Source: Tubiluchus corallicola (lineage: Eukaryota > Animalia > Priapulida). Taken from it: a DNA stretch of 64,000 nucleotides. The stretch covers positions 356,627 through 420,626 of the forward strand of contig JAQGDQ010000150.1 of the NCBI GenBank assembly GCA_030141605.1, written 5' to 3'. Under the pieces are notes generated by a model. The model had not been told where the DNA came from, made no database searches, and saw only the letters and a list, made by a program, of their open reading frames with translations. Made by a program: the position numbers and the translations under genes. This document shows positions 60,727-64,000 of this stretch, piece by piece; position 1 is the first letter of the stretch, and the number at the start of each line of letters is the position of its first letter.

Positions 60727-63700
60727 ATGTTCAAACTAGAGTCGTATGTTACACCATTGCTTCTTAGTTACGTTGACAAGTATGTTAAAAATCTAAAGCC
60801 AGCTGATCTGCAACTTTCGGTAAGCCTTGTTAGATTTATTAATTTAATTATTTTTACTTATTACAAATTTTGAGTCTGAAAAGTCAAATGTTTCTGTTGC
60901 ATAATGGTTAGCACAGCTGTCTGGAAAGCAGAAGGTTCTAGATTGAGTCCCAGTAAAGGTGGAAAGTTATTCAGTCTTTCGAATTTTGGTATTGCTTTCG
61001 TTAATTTTTTGGATTATGTAGTTGTTAGTTTAGGATTCCTTTCTTGCTTGATTTACAATCTTGCCTTACTATAGGCTCGATTGTTTTCAGGAAAGGAAAA
61101 ACTTAAATGTAATTTGTTTAGACCTGTATGTAACTTGACTCGAAAGCAATTTTCCAGTTTCTCTTTTGTCAAAGAGAAAAATCTGTGACAAGTCACATTT
61201 TGTGTATTGCCAGTGACTGTGTCCGTTTTATCCACAAGCAGCACAGAGTACTGTGCTGTAGCTTACTATTATAATGCTTTTTTAAACTTAATCTTTTATC
61301 AAAAATAATTTGCAAACCTTCTACAATCAAAAATCATTTTTACAGAAATTAACTAATCCAAAAACTGGTCAACTTTTGGCCATATGTGAGGCAAGCCAGT
61401 ATAGCGTGACTGAGCGTAAATACACTGAACAGCAAGACATCAGGCTAATAATGGGAGGGCATAGATGCCCATTAGTGACATATTTGTACCTTCGAAACCC
61501 TGCTTGAGTTTAAGCTTTGCGTGTTGAGCAAATATGGACGACTGTGAAAAGTGGTGGCATTGTTAAAACTCACAGTCTCACATACCAACATGTTGAATTC
61601 ACGTTTTAATTTAATCTGTGCAAATGATGCATAAAAAATGGAATAGCATTTTGTACCCTTACTTTACAAGATACGTATGGTGAATATATTTTTATGTAGA
61701 AAAATTACTAAAATTGGTTCGTAGTGTTTGACCAAATTTTAAAACCTTGCTTATACCAGTGACAAATTGTAGTTGAATTTGATGAAGATATTTAAATTGA
61801 ATGCAGCTGATAATGAAAGCCTAAGTATAAAGCAAATGCACTTTGATTAAAAGTAGTCACTGCATTGAGAACTTGTTTTACTGTATTGTCTAGTTTTGTA
61901 TTTTATAATGCTTTTACATCTTAAATTTTTTTGTTAATATTATCCACAATGTGAAATGTTCATTTTAGGTATGGCAAGGAGATCTTGTATTAAATAATCT
62001 TGATCTGAAACTCGATGTTCTGGAACAGGAGCTTCGTTTACCTTTTTCATTTATCAGTGGACATATCCATGAACTCAGAATACATGTGCCATGGACAAAA
62101 TTAGGATCAGAATCGGTTATAGTTTCTATCAATACTATTGAATGTATTTTGAAGCTGGCTAGTCCTGATAATGAAAAAGTCCCTTCAGCTGACTTTCAAA
62201 AGTCTGAATCACAGTCATCTCTTAGTGACTACAAAAAGAAGCATCAGCAAAAAGATTCTCAGGACATACCTCCTGGTTACATACAGACTGTGGTGAACAG
62301 GATAATGAACAATGTCAGCATTGTTGTTACAAATTTAATCTTGAAGTATGTAGAAGATGATATTGTTCTCTCAGTGAATGTGAAATCAGCTGACTGCCAT
62401 ACAGTAAATGCAAATTGGGAAAGAAGCTTTGCTGATGTTACAGCAGATGACTTGTGTTTGCATCGAGTTATTGAACTATCCGACATGACTATGTGCCTTG
62501 ATAAACGAAGTTCTAGTGGCAAAATAGAAATTTATCAAGATCCACTTGTGTACAAGTGTTTATTAACTTGTAGAATTCAGTTGAGATATGACAACGAGTA
62601 TGCGAAATTTCCATCACAAACAACAGTAAACTTGTTTTGCCAAAATTTAGAAGTTTCTCTTACAGACCAACAGTTGCCAATGTGGATAAGGCTTATTAAT
62701 CTTGTTGTAACTATGTATTATGGACAGCTTCCAGTACAAATCTACAAGCAGAAGATACAACAGCAACTGGCAGAAACAGCTCATTTAAAGCCTTTGCATA
62801 TGCTAGGTAAAACCTCCATTTCTGTTAATATTTTTATAAGCAGCTTTAGTTTTGCGCTGTGTAACAAACTTATCACACTGTGTTTAATTCTAGCTAGTTG
62901 TAATTAATTTCATTTTTATACCATAGAGCTAGAAGAGCAACTTACCACAGAAGACCAAGGTTGGATTAATTGGGCCTGGTCCTATGTTCCATCTATATTA
63001 CCTGAAGGAGAAGATGAGGAAGCAAGTAGTGAACCTGAAATGAGGAAATTTACACCAGCAACTTTCCAGTTTGGTGCATACGTAGCTAGAACTGTGATCA
63101 CGTTTAAAGTTAGTAACTACTGTTTTAAAGTAGATTAATAAACTGGATACGATTACAAAACTTTACAACTTGAATAGAATTTTAGCAAATGTACGTAATA
63201 TGCTTTTGTGTATTGTACTGATTTGTTTAGCCACAGTTTGCTTCTTGTCATTCATAAATAATCTTTTTCAGCTTACTGAAATATCTCAAGCTTTTGGGGC
63301 AAGTAAACTGATCTTTTATCCCTTCATCAAAGCAGAGCTTGAATGCGGAGCTTTAGAGATTATGATAAAAGGCCTAGAATTTTCAAACGTGCAAATTGGA
63401 ATAACCAGTGGAAAAGTCTCATCACTGGGTGAATGCTTATGTGGCAATAAAGACTTTGTTAACGTTGAAACTCCCGCTTTAGATCCGTGTTTTTTTGTCA
63501 TCGGTCCTACTTCTAGCACAGCTTCTCAGTATTTATCAAGGTCACTGTTTCTCAATGGAGAGCAAAGTAGGGAAACCAGTCTTGATGTTTCTTTGTCGTT
63601 GCAAGAACATCTGCAGAAGTTTGATGAAACTACTGCTGTGGAGAAATATGGTGCTTTTTGGCTAGATTATGTTTATACACTTCAGCTGCCAGATGATGAC

Positions 63701-63875
63701 GAAGAGATTGATATTAACGATCTTGAACATAGTAATTTGCAAGAGGAGGCTAACTTGAGAGTAGTGTTTAGTAACTTTTTAGCAACTGTTTCTAGTAACT
63801 CTCATCATCGTGTTCAGCGATTTATCCATGCGGCAAATGATCATGATTATTTACCTTATCACATGCAAGAATCAG
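60727..63875 (+). CDS. VPS13B: VPS13B (COH1) lipid-transfer protein, N-terminal Chorein_N region; gene continues beyond the window
   Basis: Exons 60727-60819, 61969-62806, 62927-63108, 63272-63875 are in frame. Peptides: MFKLESYVTPLLLSYVDKYVKNLKPADLQLS|VWQGDLVL..LDVLEQEL..SGHIHELRIHVPWTKLGSE, PPGYIQTVVNRI, LKYVEDDIVLSVN, QGWINWAWSYVP. Confidence 0.95.
60893..61040 (+). mobile_element. Degenerate tRNA-derived SINE head
   Basis: TTGCATAATGGTTAGCACAGCTGTCTGGAAAGCAGAAGGTTCTAGATTGAGTCCC has a tRNA-like A box and a decayed B box. Confidence 0.4.
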
Positions 63876-64000
63876 GTATGTTTTCTCCATTATTAAGTGC
63901 CTACCAATAAATTATAATCGAAAACATTTTTCTTTCTTCCTAACTGTTACTTTTAATTCTAAGAAATAGTCTGTTATATTTATGTGCACCTCAGTAGTAT

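Noticed and set aside
60893-60960. Possible tRNA gene
   Set aside because: The B box and acceptor stem are degenerate. A decayed SINE head fits better.

Overview
AT-rich, intron-rich animal genomic DNA, probably a non-insect invertebrate (Z-alpha ADAR1 and a MetaSINE-like repeat are both present). The supplied ORF track is mostly spurious because the genes are spliced. I assembled three genes by hand from splice sites and reading frame. (1) ADAR1-type dsRNA adenosine deaminase (+, 3184-19840, 11 coding exons, 838 aa) with two Z-alpha domains, one dsRBD and the deaminase domain. (2) NPHP3/nephrocystin-3 (-, 51007-25131, 31 coding exons, 1273 aa, one GC-AG intron), convergent with ADAR. (3) The 5' part of VPS13B (+, from 60727 past the window end), divergent from NPHP3. 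Introns and intergenic DNA hold many MITEs (Mutator-, Ginger-, hAT-, Tc1/mariner-, Kolobok-like), SINEs and decayed LINEs. The most unusual item is a 236-bp, GC-rich, multi-stem retroposon with an 11-bp target-site duplication and no tRNA head, 53 bp upstream of the first ADAR coding exon. It is a candidate ribozyme-headed non-autonomous RTE-type element. Also notable are an inverted repeat just 3' of the ADAR stop codon with a poly(A) signal between its arms, a three-level nested insertion, and a duplicated splice acceptor in NPHP3.
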